From an uncultured Thermodesulfobacteriota bacterium (GTDB lineage: Bacteria; Desulfobacterota; B13-G15; RBG-16-54-18): DNA of 64,000 nt. The stretch spans positions 2,506 to 66,505 of the forward strand of contig CAYWLI010000001.1 of the NCBI GenBank assembly GCA_964459135.1, given 5' to 3'. This document shows, one piece after another, positions 28,091 to 38,703 of this stretch. The notes under the pieces were generated by a model. That model was not told where the DNA came from and made no database searches. It worked only from the letters and a program-made list of their open reading frames with translations. The translations under genes were made by a program, and so were the position numbers. The stretch's first letter is position 1; each line of letters begins with the position of its first letter.

Positions 28091-28915
28091 CTAGGTCTTG
28101 CTACTGATACCCACCGTGGTAGTAAATCTCAGACGATCCCCCCGGCATATGAACCGTCCCCAACTGACGGGTCTGTCCTCAAAATCGTAAAAGATATGTT
28201 CAAGGCGGAATGCGGGCTGCATTTCAATGGTGTTGAGTATATCCGCTTCTTCCTTCGCGAGCACCGCCGCCTCGATGACCAGTTCCCCCCGTTTGAGCGT
28301 TGTTTCCCCATCTCCGACAAACAGGCCTTGCAGGGAGGTAATTCCCAGTTCAGCCTCAACAATCGGGCGGAGGGGATCGTATATCAGTTGTTCCTTGTGA
28401 TACAGAATGGGATCACCATCCCGAAACAAGACTCGCCTGATGAGGATAGTCCGCTCACCCACACCTATGGCCAATTTATTTGCCGTCCTCTCATCGGCCT
28501 TAACGATGAGTGTTTCCAGAATTTTTACCTTCGTTCGCTCCTTGTCCTTGAATATGTTGTGAAATTCTTCCAGACTAAAGGTTACCTTTCCCAAATCAGG
28601 GGCTTTAACATAGGTCCCACTTCCCTGAATGGTGTTGACAATCCCTTGATCCAATAAAATATTGATGGAGCGGCGGACCGTCATGGGGCTGACCTGATAC
28701 CGCTTGCACAGCTCTGATTCAGACGGCAGACGACTGCCGGGGAGGTAGATGCCCTGTGCGATCTGATCCTTGAGAATATTGACGAGCTGAACATATGCCG
28801 GTTCAAATGTTTGGCGATCTATAGTTGTTTGATCGGTCATTATCGTTTTGGGATTGTATATTCGCTTATTTAATAATAATTGGTATATATAACTTAGGAA
28901 CTTACTAGATGTCAA
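28091..28915 (-). CDS. GntR-family (HutC/UTRA subfamily) transcriptional regulator
   Basis: 274 aa with an N-terminal wHTH (LPSESELCKRYQVSPMTVRRSINILLDQGIV) and a C-terminal UTRA-like domain. Confidence 0.8.
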   Translation of the reverse strand: MTSSKFLSYIYQLLLNKRIYNPKTIMTDQTTIDRQTFEPAYVQLVNILKDQIAQGIYLPGSRLPSESELCKRYQVSPMTVRRSINILLDQGIVNTIQGSGTYVKAPDLGKVTFSLEEFHNIFKDKERTKVKILETLIVKADERTANKLAIGVGERTILIRRVLFRDGDPILYHKEQLIYDPLRPIVEAELGITSLQGLFVGDGETTLKRGELVIEAAVLAKEEADILNTIEMQPAFRLEHIFYDFEDRPVSWGRFICRGDRLRFTTTVGISSKT

Positions 28916-29170
28916 GACGCCACGGAAGCGAGATCACGTTCAACTGAGAACAAGCAACACGAAGCATACGTCTGAAAACGTGGTCGATGCCATGAGCACC
29001 ATGAGGGGGCAAGAGGACACTCGACAGAGCCAAGCACGAAAACGTAAAGCCGATGGTGGAGTTTACGAAAGAATACGGGGTATATACATAACAGGTAGCT
29101 GGTAAAGTGACCATCTATAGAAAAGCTGACTGTATCAAGACGACATATCTGTTCGAGCTACACGGTTACC

Positions 29171-30310
29171 TTACCCGAATCCTTTTAATCGCCTTATCAA
29201 CACCCACGACGACATGATCAATGCTCCCGCGACAAGAATCCCGATCTGAAAGTTCCATATATCAGCCACCGCGCCCAAGCCGACCGGAACAAGCCCAATG
29301 CCGATTATCCCGCCGACGGCTAATGTCAATCCCACAAAGGTGCTTCTTTCGTCAAGGGGAGTAATCATGGAGATAGCCATTACAGCAGCCGGGAAGAATG
29401 CCACACTCACTGTCGCTTGTACAATAAGCGCTCCAACCAGCAACCAAAACACCTGAGCGAGGGCCATCCCCACGGTTGAGAGCCCGGTAATGAACAGGAT
29501 AATGAAGAGAAGTTTCTTAACAGCAAACCGGTCAATGAGAAAGCCGACCAGAATGGTGGCAAACACCCCCCCTCCCCGTGAAATACCGAAGAGAGTGTTG
29601 GCCACTTCCAACTGCATTCCTTTCTCCTTTACCAGAAAGAGGGGAATAATACTGTAGATACCGGCAGTGGCCATCGCGGCCATAATCCAGAGGATAGCCA
29701 TTATCCAAAAATCTGTGCGACGCAGTACCGTAGCATACCTGCTCCTTTTCTCCTCCTGCGGACGCGGGTCCGGGGCAAACACCCAGAAAAAGATAATGAA
29801 CAGTGCGCACGCCCCGCTGAGTATGACAAAAAATGCCCTCCAATGATAAAAGCGGAGGGCAAAGGCTATCAGGATGGGCATGGCGAGAAAGCTGAAGGAA
29901 GGGGCCGTATCATGGAAAGCGAGGGCCTTGCCCCAGTTTCTCCGGCTAATTATCGACGTTATCAGAGGAACCGAGCATGGTAGATAGATTCCCGATGTGA
30001 AGCCAAGTAACAAGGAAAAAGCAGCAAAATAATAGTATGTCTGAGCATATCTGAAGCATATAAATACGAAGACCAGTGCTATGAAACTATATATGATAGA
30101 CCGTTTATAGCCAATGTGTTTGGATATCCATCCTGACATGAATACAGCAATAGTAAGACCAGCGGACAAATAGAAAAATAGACTGCCTGCAAGGGCATGG
30201 GTGATGGCCAACTCATCTTCTATAATGGGAAGAAGGGGAGACAAGACGTTCCTGGTGGAGGAATTGAGGAACCACAGGCTCCAGAAGATCAAGAGCAGGA
30301 AGATTTTCAT
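29171..30310 (-). CDS. MFS transporter
   Basis: 379 aa with ~12 predicted TM segments. Confidence 0.7.
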   Translation of the reverse strand: MKIFLLLIFWSLWFLNSSTRNVLSPLLPIIEDELAITHALAGSLFFYLSAGLTIAVFMSGWISKHIGYKRSIIYSFIALVFVFICFRYAQTYYYFAAFSLLLGFTSGIYLPCSVPLITSIISRRNWGKALAFHDTAPSFSFLAMPILIAFALRFYHWRAFFVILSGACALFIIFFWVFAPDPRPQEEKRSRYATVLRRTDFWIMAILWIMAAMATAGIYSIIPLFLVKEKGMQLEVANTLFGISRGGGVFATILVGFLIDRFAVKKLLFIILFITGLSTVGMALAQVFWLLVGALIVQATVSVAFFPAAVMAISMITPLDERSTFVGLTLAVGGIIGIGLVPVGLGAVADIWNFQIGILVAGALIMSSWVLIRRLKGFG

Positions 30311-30394
30311 CGTTGCTGGTTATACACAATTCCGGATGAATGTTCAAGTGCCCAACAGCGATGCGATGCAGGTTCCAAATTACACATTTTTTCT

Positions 30395-30856
30395 TTAGAC
30401 AGTGATGGGGAGGAAGAGAAAAAGGATGCGGAGAGCAATGTGTGCATAGAGGGCGGCCAGCACATCGTCGAGGACCACCCCGTAACCTCCTGGCACCGTT
30501 CGCTCTAAGAAGCGTATGGGTGGGGGTTTGATAACGTCAAAGGCGCGAAAGAGTATAAAACCGGCAAGGAGAGTGGGCCAGGTGGGAGGCAGGGCGATCA
30601 TGACCGCCAAAAACCCCACCACTTCATCGATGACAACGGCCCCAGGATCATTTTGTCCTAATATGGTCTCCGCCCGATCGGCGGCCCAGCAGGCAAGCAG
30701 GGCGAGGCCTACCAGGCAACACAGGTAGAGCCAGAGGGGAAGCAGGGATAGGATGAGAAAGAGGGGGATGGCCGCCAGGGTCCCCGCAGTGCCCGGGGCG
30801 AAGGGGGAAAATCCCACCCCCCACCATGTCGCCAGCAGAATAATGAGCCGCCTCAT
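30395..30856 (-). CDS. pgpA: Phosphatidylglycerophosphatase A
   Basis: 153 aa membrane protein with the PgpA motifs GTAGTLAAIP and FDVIKPPPIRFLE. Confidence 0.8.
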   Translation of the reverse strand: MRRLIILLATWWGVGFSPFAPGTAGTLAAIPLFLILSLLPLWLYLCCLVGLALLACWAADRAETILGQNDPGAVVIDEVVGFLAVMIALPPTWPTLLAGFILFRAFDVIKPPPIRFLERTVPGGYGVVLDDVLAALYAHIALRILFLFLPITV

Positions 30857-31612
30857 CTAGGGTCTGACCCTCACCCCTCTGCCCCGGAGCCATGCCTTCA
30901 CCTCGTTGACGGCATACTCCCGGTAGTGAAAGATTGAGGCTGCGAGCACGGCGCTTGCCCCCCCGATGGTGAGTCCTTCGTAGAGGTGCTCCAAGGTACC
31001 CACCCCTCCGGAGGCGATCACCGGCACCCGCACCTCTGCAACTACGGCGCGGGTGAGTTCCAGGTCATATCCCAGGCGGGTGCCGTCCCGATCCATGCTG
31101 GTCAGGAGGATCTCCCCGGCCCCGTATCCCTCCATGCGTTTGGCCCACTCAAGGGCATCGATCCCTGAGGGGGTCCTCCCCCCGTGGGTGTAGACCTCCC
31201 AGCCACCGTTCCTGCTCTTGGCATCGATGGCCACCACGATGCACTGGCTCCCGAATCGCTCCGCGGCCCGCTGGACGAATTCAGGCTCTGCTACCGCCGC
31301 GGTGTTGATGCTCACCTTGTCCGCCCCCGCCTTCAAGAGGTCGCGGATATCCTTCAAGGTCCGCACCCCCCCTCCGACGGTCAGGGGCATGAAGACCTCT
31401 TCGGCGGTGCGACGCACCACCTCGAGGATGATCGGTCGCCGCTCATGCGAAGCGGTGATGTCAAGGAAGGTCAGTTCATCGGCCCCTTGCTGGTCGTAGG
31501 CCTTGGCGTTTTCTACGGGATCCCCTGCATCGCGCAGGTTCACAAAATTGGTCCCCTTGACCACCCTGCCGTCCTTGACATCGAGACACGGTATGATCCG
31601 TTTGGCCAGCAT
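30857..31612 (-). CDS. hisF: Imidazole glycerol phosphate synthase cyclase subunit HisF
   Basis: 251 aa with [16 protein letters not shown]...SGGVG, canonical HisF. Confidence 0.92.
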   Translation of the reverse strand: MLAKRIIPCLDVKDGRVVKGTNFVNLRDAGDPVENAKAYDQQGADELTFLDITASHERRPIILEVVRRTAEEVFMPLTVGGGVRTLKDIRDLLKAGADKVSINTAAVAEPEFVQRAAERFGSQCIVVAIDAKSRNGGWEVYTHGGRTPSGIDALEWAKRMEGYGAGEILLTSMDRDGTRLGYDLELTRAVVAEVRVPVIASGGVGTLEHLYEGLTIGGASAVLAASIFHYREYAVNEVKAWLRGRGVRVRP

Positions 31613-31621
31613 AGCTTTGCT

Positions 31622-32353
31622 TTAGTTCCCTTTCGCGACCCTGATGGCCTCGGCCAGATCCACGGTCCCCTCATAGAGGGCCCGCCCGGTGATGACCCCC
31701 TCAACCCCAAAGGGGGCCAGTTCCTTCACCGCTTTAATATCCTCCAGTGTCCCCACCCCGCCGGAGACGATGAGGGGGGTCTGTACTGCTTGGGCCACCT
31801 CATGTGCCTGGACCAGATTGATCCCCCCCCCCACTCCATCCCTGCTGATATCGGTGAAGATGATAACCGAGACACCGTATCCTTCCATCTCCTTGGCGAG
31901 ATCAGCCGCCCTGCGCGAGGTCCCTGTGAGCCATCCCCGTATCATGACCTCTCCTTCCCGGGCATCGATCCCCACCGCAATCCGACCGGGGTATTGTTGA
32001 CACGCCTCTTTGATCACGGAGGGGTCTTCCGTTGCAGCGGTACCCAGGATCACCCGCTCGATCCCCACGGCGAGCCATTCTTCGATGCCCCCCAGGTCCC
32101 TGATCCCCCCTCCCAGTTGAAGGGGGATGTCCACCGCCGCTCGAATCTCCTTGACCGCTTCAACGTTCATCGGGAACCCGGCCACGGCCCCATCGAGGTC
32201 GACCACGTGGATCCACTCAGCACCCGCATCCTTCCACCGCGCCGCCACCTCCCCCGGTTCAGGGGAATAGACTGTTTCCTCCTCCATTCTCCCCTGGCGC
32301 AGACGCACACAGCGACCCCCCTTGAGGTCTATAGCCGGGATCACGAGCATCAA
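31622..32353 (-). CDS. hisA: ProFAR isomerase HisA
   Basis: 243 aa with VIPAIDLKGGRCVRL...GGGIRD, canonical HisA. It contains a G10 homopolymer (Gly-Gly-Gly). Confidence 0.92.
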   Translation of the reverse strand: MMLVIPAIDLKGGRCVRLRQGRMEEETVYSPEPGEVAARWKDAGAEWIHVVDLDGAVAGFPMNVEAVKEIRAAVDIPLQLGGGIRDLGGIEEWLAVGIERVILGTAATEDPSVIKEACQQYPGRIAVGIDAREGEVMIRGWLTGTSRRAADLAKEMEGYGVSVIIFTDISRDGVGGGINLVQAHEVAQAVQTPLIVSGGVGTLEDIKAVKELAPFGVEGVITGRALYEGTVDLAEAIRVAKGN

Positions 32354-32359
32354 AGAGAG

Positions 32360-33046
32360 CTACCGAGGGAGGGTAGGGAAGGTGCGCAGGATCGATTCAA
32401 CGCCGATGGTGGCCCACCGCTCTACCGTCACCCACTGAGCGCCCCCTTTGAGAAAGGAGGAGATCTTCAGGGCGTTCTCGCTCAGGGAGTGTTGCGTCTC
32501 ATCAAACCTGCCGCTCCAGGACACCTTCTTGTCCGCGACCGTAACCAGATGGGCATCAAAGGCCGCTGAGGCGGGATTCTCCACCCCAACGGCGCTTCCC
32601 TGGCGCTGCTCAAACCGATAAACCCCTCCGATCACCACCGCATAGACGCCGAGCTCCCGCCCGATCTGCGCGGCGACCCCGATCGGATCCTGACTGAAGA
32701 TGTCGGGATCCATACTCTCGACAACGGCCTGCCCCTGAGCAAGGGGGATCACCTCACACCTGCCCAGACGATCGAGCTGCCGGTGGAAGATGGTCGTCAT
32801 CTCAGGTCCCGACCGTGCCGGAAGCTCCCCGGCCCGGAAGAAGAAATCCTCCCAGAGCCCCTTGACTACCCGCTGCCCCCGCACCTCAGGCTCGAGGAGC
32901 AGAAAGGGGAGGACCGCCACCTTCTGGCGCGGCACGATCCGCTCCCCCCCCTCTTGGGAATGACACAAAGCGGGAAGAAGGAAGATGAGGAGCCCGAGGA
33001 TGGCCCCCACGACTACGATCCTATTCTTTTTCATCTGACGTTTCAT
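32360..33046 (-). CDS. Secreted hypothetical protein (signal peptide) occupying the position usually held by hisH. Start reassigned to the internal ATG with a GGGGGAG SD.
   Basis: MKRQMKKNRIVVVGAILGLLIFLLPALC... with a KVAVLPF motif and no GATase catalytic GxCxG. The track ORF start at 33223 would overlap hisB. Confidence 0.55.
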   Translation of the reverse strand: MKRQMKKNRIVVVGAILGLLIFLLPALCHSQEGGERIVPRQKVAVLPFLLLEPEVRGQRVVKGLWEDFFFRAGELPARSGPEMTTIFHRQLDRLGRCEVIPLAQGQAVVESMDPDIFSQDPIGVAAQIGRELGVYAVVIGGVYRFEQRQGSAVGVENPASAAFDAHLVTVADKKVSWSGRFDETQHSLSENALKISSFLKGGAQWVTVERWATIGVESILRTFPTLPR

Positions 33047-33068
33047 AGGCACTCCCCCATTAATGAAG

Positions 33069-33653
33069 TTATAGTTTTCCCTTGGTCGAGGGAACCCCGG
33101 ATCTCCTCTCATCCAGGCAGGAGGCCGCATCCAGGGCCCTGCCGAACCCTTTGAAGATCGCCTCCACGATGTGGTGGAGGTTTGTCCCGTACAGCAGGTC
33201 AATGTGCAGGGTGATGCCGGCATGGTCCGCCATGGCCTTAAAGAAGGATTCTACCAACTCCGTGCTAAAGTCCTTGATCCTCCCCCTTGCCTTGACCCGA
33301 TAGCCGAGATAGGGGCGACCGGAGATGTCCAGGGCCACCCTCCCCAGGGCCTCGTCCATAGGAACGAGGGCCTCCCCGAACCGCCTGATCCCTGCCCCAT
33401 CCCCCAGGGCCTGCTTGATCCCCGATCCCAAAGTGATCCCCACATCCTCCACCGTGTGGTGAAAATCGACCTCCAGATCCCCCTTCGCCCGCACGGTTAG
33501 ATCGAAGAGACCGTGCATGGCCATGAGGGAAAGCATGTGATCGAAGAAAGGGATCCCCGTGGAGATCTCCGCATTCCCCGTGCCGTCCAGGTCGACGGAG
33601 AGGAAGATATCAGTCTCTTTGGTCTTGCGCTCTATCTGCGCGCTGCGTCCCAT
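33069..33653 (-). CDS. hisB: Imidazoleglycerol-phosphate dehydratase HisB
   Basis: 194 aa with RKTKETDI...DxHHxxE motifs ([20 protein letters not shown]). Confidence 0.92.
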   Translation of the reverse strand: MGRSAQIERKTKETDIFLSVDLDGTGNAEISTGIPFFDHMLSLMAMHGLFDLTVRAKGDLEVDFHHTVEDVGITLGSGIKQALGDGAGIRRFGEALVPMDEALGRVALDISGRPYLGYRVKARGRIKDFSTELVESFFKAMADHAGITLHIDLLYGTNLHHIVEAIFKGFGRALDAASCLDERRSGVPSTKGKL

Positions 33654-33657
33654 TGTG

Positions 33658-34947
33658 TTACTCCTCCTTTCCCCTCATCTCGACGGACCGGGCATGGGCC
33701 TCCAGCCCCTCCAGACGGGCCAATCGGGCCACGTCCTCCCGTAACCCCTCCAGGGCATCCTGAGAACAGGAGAGGATATTGGTCCGCTTCAGGAAGTGCT
33801 CAACCCCGAGGGGGGAGGAGAATCGGGCCGTCCCTGCCGTGGGCAATACGTGGTTAGGCCCCCCCAAATAATCCCCCACTGCCTCGGGGGTATAGGGGCC
33901 GAGGAAAACGGTTCCGGCGTTCTGTACCTCCCCCAACCACCGCAGGGGGTCCTGGAGGGCCAGCTCCAGGTGTTCGGGAGCGATCCGATTGGCGATCCCC
34001 ATTCCCTCAGCCAGGTCCCGTACGAGGATGATGATCCCATGGCGCTCAAGGCAAGCCGTGATAATCTCCTGCCGGGGGAGGGTCTTCGTCACCTGTGCCA
34101 CCTCCTGCTCTACCTGCTGGGCGAACTGCGGGGAGGAGGTGATGAGTATTGGCCAGGCAATCTCATCGTGCTCTGCCTGCGAGAGGAGGTCGGCGGCGGC
34201 AAAACCCGGCGGCGTTGATCCATCGGCGAGCACCAGGATCTCACTCGGACCCGCCACCAGATCAACCATGACGACCCCATACAGCAGCCGCTTGGCCGTG
34301 GTCACGTAGGCGTTACCCGGCCCCACGATAATATCGACCTGAGGCACGGTCTCCGTCCCATAGGCTAGGGCGGCAATGGCCTGGGCCCCGCCGGCTCGCA
34401 GGACCCGATCGGCACCTGCTACCTGGGCCGCCGCCAAGATATAAGGGTTGGCACCCGTTTGTGATGGCGGGGTCATGACCACAACCTCTTCCACCCCCGC
34501 TACCTTGGCAGGGATGACGTTCATAAGCAGCGAGGAGGGGTAAGCAGCCTTCCCCCCCGGAACATAGACCCCTGACCTGGCCAGGGGACGCACCATCTGT
34601 CCCCGCACAATACCCTGTTCAGTATCAAACCAGGAGTGAACGAGCTGGTGCCGATGGAAGGTCTCGATGCGCCCTGCAGCCCGTTTGAGGGAGGCGAGTG
34701 CTTCCTGCTCCATATCCTTTGCAGCCTCCCCCCATTCCTTTTGAGGGACCTCCATTTTCTTCGGCGATATCTCAACTCCATCGAACTGGCGAGAATACCG
34801 AATCAGGGCCTCATCACCGTTGGTCCGCACCCCCTCGATGATCTCCCGCACCGCTTCTTCAACCCCCGTCATCTCCTCCCGCCTCTGGGAGAGGATGGCA
34901 TCCAGTTCCCGCTTAAACCCCTTATTCCTGCTCTCCAGTATCCTCAT
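33658..34947 (-). CDS. hisD: Histidinol dehydrogenase HisD
   Basis: 429 aa, canonical HisD (SQAEHDE...GPNHVLPT). Confidence 0.92.
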   Translation of the reverse strand: MRILESRNKGFKRELDAILSQRREEMTGVEEAVREIIEGVRTNGDEALIRYSRQFDGVEISPKKMEVPQKEWGEAAKDMEQEALASLKRAAGRIETFHRHQLVHSWFDTEQGIVRGQMVRPLARSGVYVPGGKAAYPSSLLMNVIPAKVAGVEEVVVMTPPSQTGANPYILAAAQVAGADRVLRAGGAQAIAALAYGTETVPQVDIIVGPGNAYVTTAKRLLYGVVMVDLVAGPSEILVLADGSTPPGFAAADLLSQAEHDEIAWPILITSSPQFAQQVEQEVAQVTKTLPRQEIITACLERHGIIILVRDLAEGMGIANRIAPEHLELALQDPLRWLGEVQNAGTVFLGPYTPEAVGDYLGGPNHVLPTAGTARFSSPLGVEHFLKRTNILSCSQDALEGLREDVARLARLEGLEAHARSVEMRGKEE

Positions 34948-36205
34948 CTAGATCAACCTCCTTCACGAGAGCCCCCAGTGCAACGAGCTTCTCAACCAGA
35001 TCTTCATATCCACGCGCCAGGTGATAAGCCCGAGAGATTACCGTCTCCCCCTCGGCAGCCAGGCCAGCCAACACCAGCGAGGCGCTGGCCCGCAGATCGG
35101 TGGCCATCACCGGCGCCCCGCTCAACTGGGGCACCCCAGTGACAATAGCGGTGGAGCCCTGCACCCGAATATCGGCGCCCATCCTTTTCAGCTCGCTGAC
35201 ATGCATAAATCTATTCTCAAAGATGGTCTCAGTGATGGCACTGAGTCCATTGGACACCGTCATCAACGCCATAAACTGTGCCTGCATGTCGGTGGGGAAC
35301 CCCGGATAGGGGTGGGTCTTGACATCAACGCTCCTGACCCTGCGGTCACCCACAACCCGCACCTCCCCTTCATCTAGGGGTGTAATCTCCACTCCTACCT
35401 GCCGCAGCTTCCCCACCACGGCCTCCATGTGTGCCAACCGGCACCCCCTGATCAGGACATTCCCCCTCGTGATCCCCGCCGCCACCATCAGGGTACCCGC
35501 CTCAATCCGATCGGGCATGATGGCGTACTGAACCTGCTGTAATTGCTTTACGCCCCGAATGGTTATCACCGCAGTCCCCGCACCCTCGATCTCGGCCCCC
35601 ATGGCGGTCAGGATATGGGCCAGTTCTTCAACTTCGGGCTCACAGGCAGCATTCTCAATGACCGTGGCCCCCTCGGCGAGAGCAGCTGCCATCATGAGAT
35701 TCTCCGTCCCGGTGACCGTGGGGATATCCAGGTAGATCCGCCCCCCCCTGAGTCTCCGGGCCCGGGCCTTGATGTAGCCGTGCTCCAACTCGATCTGGGC
35801 CCCGAGCTGCTCCAGGCCCTTAAGGTGGAGATTAACCGGCCTCGCCCCGATGGCGCAACCGCCGGGGAGCGAGACCACGGCCTCCCCCATCCTGGCCAGC
35901 AACGGACCCAGGACGAGTACGGAGGCCCGCATGGTCTTCACCAGGTCATACGGGGCGGTGACCCCCTTGACACCTGAGGTGTCAACCCGCAGTTCAGCTT
36001 TCCCTTCCCACCTGAGCTGTGCGCCGAGGTTCTCCAAGAGGGCCTGAAACGTATCGACATCGCGCAGGCGGGGGCAGTTGGTGAAGGTGCAGGCCCCCTC
36101 AACCAGGAGGGCAGCAGCAAGGGCGGGGAGGGCCGCATTCTTGGCCCCGCCGGCCTGGACCTCCCCCACCAGTCGCTCACCCCCTTCGATAACGATCCCC
36201 TTCAT
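34922..36205 (-). CDS. murA: UDP-N-acetylglucosamine 1-carboxyvinyltransferase MurA
   Basis: 427 aa with canonical MurA motifs (KNAALP, LRGC region). It overlaps the hisD 3' end by 26 nt. Confidence 0.92.
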   Translation of the reverse strand: MKGIVIEGGERLVGEVQAGGAKNAALPALAAALLVEGACTFTNCPRLRDVDTFQALLENLGAQLRWEGKAELRVDTSGVKGVTAPYDLVKTMRASVLVLGPLLARMGEAVVSLPGGCAIGARPVNLHLKGLEQLGAQIELEHGYIKARARRLRGGRIYLDIPTVTGTENLMMAAALAEGATVIENAACEPEVEELAHILTAMGAEIEGAGTAVITIRGVKQLQQVQYAIMPDRIEAGTLMVAAGITRGNVLIRGCRLAHMEAVVGKLRQVGVEITPLDEGEVRVVGDRRVRSVDVKTHPYPGFPTDMQAQFMALMTVSNGLSAITETIFENRFMHVSELKRMGADIRVQGSTAIVTGVPQLSGAPVMATDLRASASLVLAGLAAEGETVISRAYHLARGYEDLVEKLVALGALVKEVDLDEDTGEQE

Positions 36206-36245
36206 CGCCGTCCTTTTATATTCTCAGGCATAATCCCCAGCATAA

Positions 36246-37112
36246 TCAATGGCTGAGCCATTGGGCCTTGATCACCCGCTTAACTCCAGCGTAGTCCGGG
36301 ATGAGATCAATATGCGTGAAACCCCGCTCCTGCAGCATTTCCGCCACCTGCGGATCCTGTCCCTTCCCCATCTCTAAGAGGAGCCACCCCCCCTCAGTCA
36401 GAAAATCGGGGGCGCCCTCGGCGATCTCCCGCAAAAAGCGCAACCCTTCCTCCCCGCCGTCCAGGGCGGTGAGGGGCTCATAATCCCGCACCTCCGGAGC
36501 CAGCTGGAGGATCTCCCCGGTGGGGATATAAGGGGGATTGGAGCAGATGAGGTCAAAGGGACCCTCCCCAGAGGGAAAGAGATCCTCAAGGATCAACTGA
36601 ATTCGCCCCATCATCCCGTGCGCCTCGACGTTCTCCTGGGCCAGGGAGCGGGCATCAGGTGAGATATCCGTGGCCACGATCTGCGCCTCCTCCAGTTCCG
36701 AGGCCAGGGCGATGGCCACTGCCCCGCAGCCATGGCCGATCTCCAAGACCTGCAGAGGGGGCTGCAGCCCTTTGCCGATCCGCACGGCCTCCTCTACCAG
36801 GTGCTCGGTCTCCGGCCGCGGGATGAGACATTCGGGGCTCACCGAAAATTTCATGGACCAAAACTCCTTATGCCCTATAATATAGGCGACAGGCTCCCCA
36901 GCGGTGCGCCGTTGGATCATCTCCCGATAGACCGCTCGCTCCCCCTCCTTGAGCGGGGTATCGTAATTGAGATAGAGCCCCATCCGATCGATACCCAGGA
37001 GGTGGGCGAGGAGCACCTCTGCCTCCAGGCGAGGATTATCCATCCCCTTTTTCTGAAAGTGCTCGGTCGTCCATGTGATGACCTTCAGCACAGTCCAGCG
37101 CTCCTGGGCCAT
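36246..37112 (-). CDS. prmC: Release factor glutamine N5-methyltransferase PrmC
   Basis: 288 aa with the NPPY motif (CSNPPYIPTGE) and a SAM-binding fold. Confidence 0.9.
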   Translation of the reverse strand: MAQERWTVLKVITWTTEHFQKKGMDNPRLEAEVLLAHLLGIDRMGLYLNYDTPLKEGERAVYREMIQRRTAGEPVAYIIGHKEFWSMKFSVSPECLIPRPETEHLVEEAVRIGKGLQPPLQVLEIGHGCGAVAIALASELEEAQIVATDISPDARSLAQENVEAHGMMGRIQLILEDLFPSGEGPFDLICSNPPYIPTGEILQLAPEVRDYEPLTALDGGEEGLRFLREIAEGAPDFLTEGGWLLLEMGKGQDPQVAEMLQERGFTHIDLIPDYAGVKRVIKAQWLSH

Positions 37113-38203
37113 TAACGACTCGCTGTCCCCTCCCCGTGCTGCAAGGCCTCAGCCTGATAATGGGAGGTGAGGGCACCGATGATCTCTTCCAGGTTCCCCT
37201 CTAAGACCCACTCCAGCTTATAGAGGGTAAGACCAATACGGTGCTCGGTAACCCTCCCCTGAGGGAAATTATACGTCCTGATCCGCTCACTGCGATCCCC
37301 CGTGCCCACTTGGCTGCGTCGCTGTTGTGCCATCGCCTCATGCTGCCGCTGTTGCTGTATATCGAGCAACCGCGCCCGGAGGACCTTTAAGGCCTTGGCC
37401 CTATTCTTGTGCTGAGACTTTTCGTCCTGACAGGTCGTTACGATGCCCGTAGGGATATGGGTGATCCTGACCGCCGAGTCGGTGGTGTTGACATGCTGCC
37501 CTCCAGGGCCAGATGACCGGTAGACATCGATCTTGAGGTCCTTGGGATCAATTTCCACCTCTACCTCCTCGGCCTCGGGCAGAACCGCCACGGTGACTGT
37601 CGAGGTATGGATCCTCCCCTGAGACTCGGTGACAGGGACTCGTTGTACGCGATGTACTCCGCTCTCATACTTTAATCTACTATAGACCCCCTTCCCCTCG
37701 ATGAGGGCGATGATTTCCTTGAATCCTCCTACCCCGGTGGGGTGCTGGCTGAGGATCTCCGCCCGCCAGTTATTCATTTCAGCGTACTTGGTGTACACCC
37801 GAAAGAGGTCAGCGGCAAAGAGGGCTGCTTCCTCTCCGCCGGTCCCTGCCCTGATCTCCAGGACGATGTTCTTCTCGTCGTTGGGGTCTTTGGGCAGAAG
37901 GGAGATGAGTAGCTCACCCTCCACCCGCTCCTTCTCCTCGTTCAGTGAGGCCACCTCTTCTCGGGCCATCCGCTTGAGTTCCTCATCTGTTTCCTGGAGG
38001 AGGGCCGTGTCTTCCTCGATGCGCTTGATGAGGTCCTGATATCGCCGGAAACGCTCCACGACGCGCCTTAACTCTGCATGTTCCTTGGCACATCGCTGGT
38101 ACTCCTCTCTGCGGGCAACCACCTGGGGGTCACCCATGAGGCGTTCCAGCTCCTCATGCCGAGCCTCAGCTTCTTTCAGCCTCCCCACGATTTCTTTGTT
38201 CAA
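37112..38203 (-). CDS. prfA: Peptide chain release factor 1
   Basis: 363 aa with the GGQ motif ([18 protein letters not shown]) and the PxT-type RF1 recognition region. Confidence 0.93.
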   Translation of the reverse strand: MNKEIVGRLKEAEARHEELERLMGDPQVVARREEYQRCAKEHAELRRVVERFRRYQDLIKRIEEDTALLQETDEELKRMAREEVASLNEEKERVEGELLISLLPKDPNDEKNIVLEIRAGTGGEEAALFAADLFRVYTKYAEMNNWRAEILSQHPTGVGGFKEIIALIEGKGVYSRLKYESGVHRVQRVPVTESQGRIHTSTVTVAVLPEAEEVEVEIDPKDLKIDVYRSSGPGGQHVNTTDSAVRITHIPTGIVTTCQDEKSQHKNRAKALKVLRARLLDIQQQRQHEAMAQQRRSQVGTGDRSERIRTYNFPQGRVTEHRIGLTLYKLEWVLEGNLEEIIGALTSHYQAEALQHGEGTASR

Positions 38204-38418
38204 GATCTCTTGCCTCCTATAAAAGACGCCACAGCGCCTTCCCTCAGGACCAGCGGGTTAATGAGTGATTTACTATACTATGGGAGTGGATAGCTCCAAA
38301 GGGTAGCTGCAGACGCCCTCTTCAACACTTCCCCCCCCCTCTCGTGCTGGGCACACTATATTATATCATCGGTTATGCGCAGAATTTCTCTGCCTCGGCC
38401 GGGGAGGAGTCCGCCAAC

Positions 38419-38640
38419 CTATCCCTTCTTTTGCTCCTCCTGGAGGTGTTTGTACTTGCGGGTAAATTTCTCGATCCTGCCCGCTGTGTCCATCAACTTC
38501 GCTTTGCCCGTAAAGAAGGGGTGACAGCGGGAACAAATGTCCACCGAATAGTCCGTGCGTGTGGACTTGGTCTGAAAGGTGGCCCCACAGGCGCAGGTGA
38601 TGGTGGTGTCATGCATCTCAGGGTGAATTCCTTTTTTCAT
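38419..38640 (-). CDS. rpmE: 50S ribosomal protein L31 (Zn-ribbon type)
   Basis: 73 aa: [19 protein letters not shown]...[11 protein letters not shown]. Confidence 0.9.
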   Translation of the reverse strand: MKKGIHPEMHDTTITCACGATFQTKSTRTDYSVDICSRCHPFFTGKAKLMDTAGRIEKFTRKYKHLQEEQKKG

Positions 38641-38703
38641 CCCTCAACTCCCTTAAGTGTTCTGAGATAATACTAGCATGTTCTGTCCAGATTTTCAACC
38701 CCG

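Noticed and set aside
31823-31832. G10/C10 homopolymer inside hisA as a possible frameshift/pseudogene signal
   Set aside because: The frame is intact and encodes the conserved GGG(I) HisA motif. The tract is tolerated, not disruptive.
31184-32569. 461-aa Pro/Gly/His-rich plus-strand ORF
   Set aside because: It is antisense to hisF and hisA, which are unambiguous.
38204-38418. Possible tRNA or small RNA in the 215-bp prfA-rpmE spacer (contains a C9 tract and a GC hairpin)
   Set aside because: No cloverleaf-compatible arms or conserved T-loop (GTTCRANYC) were found. The hairpin next to the rpmE stop more likely acts as its terminator.
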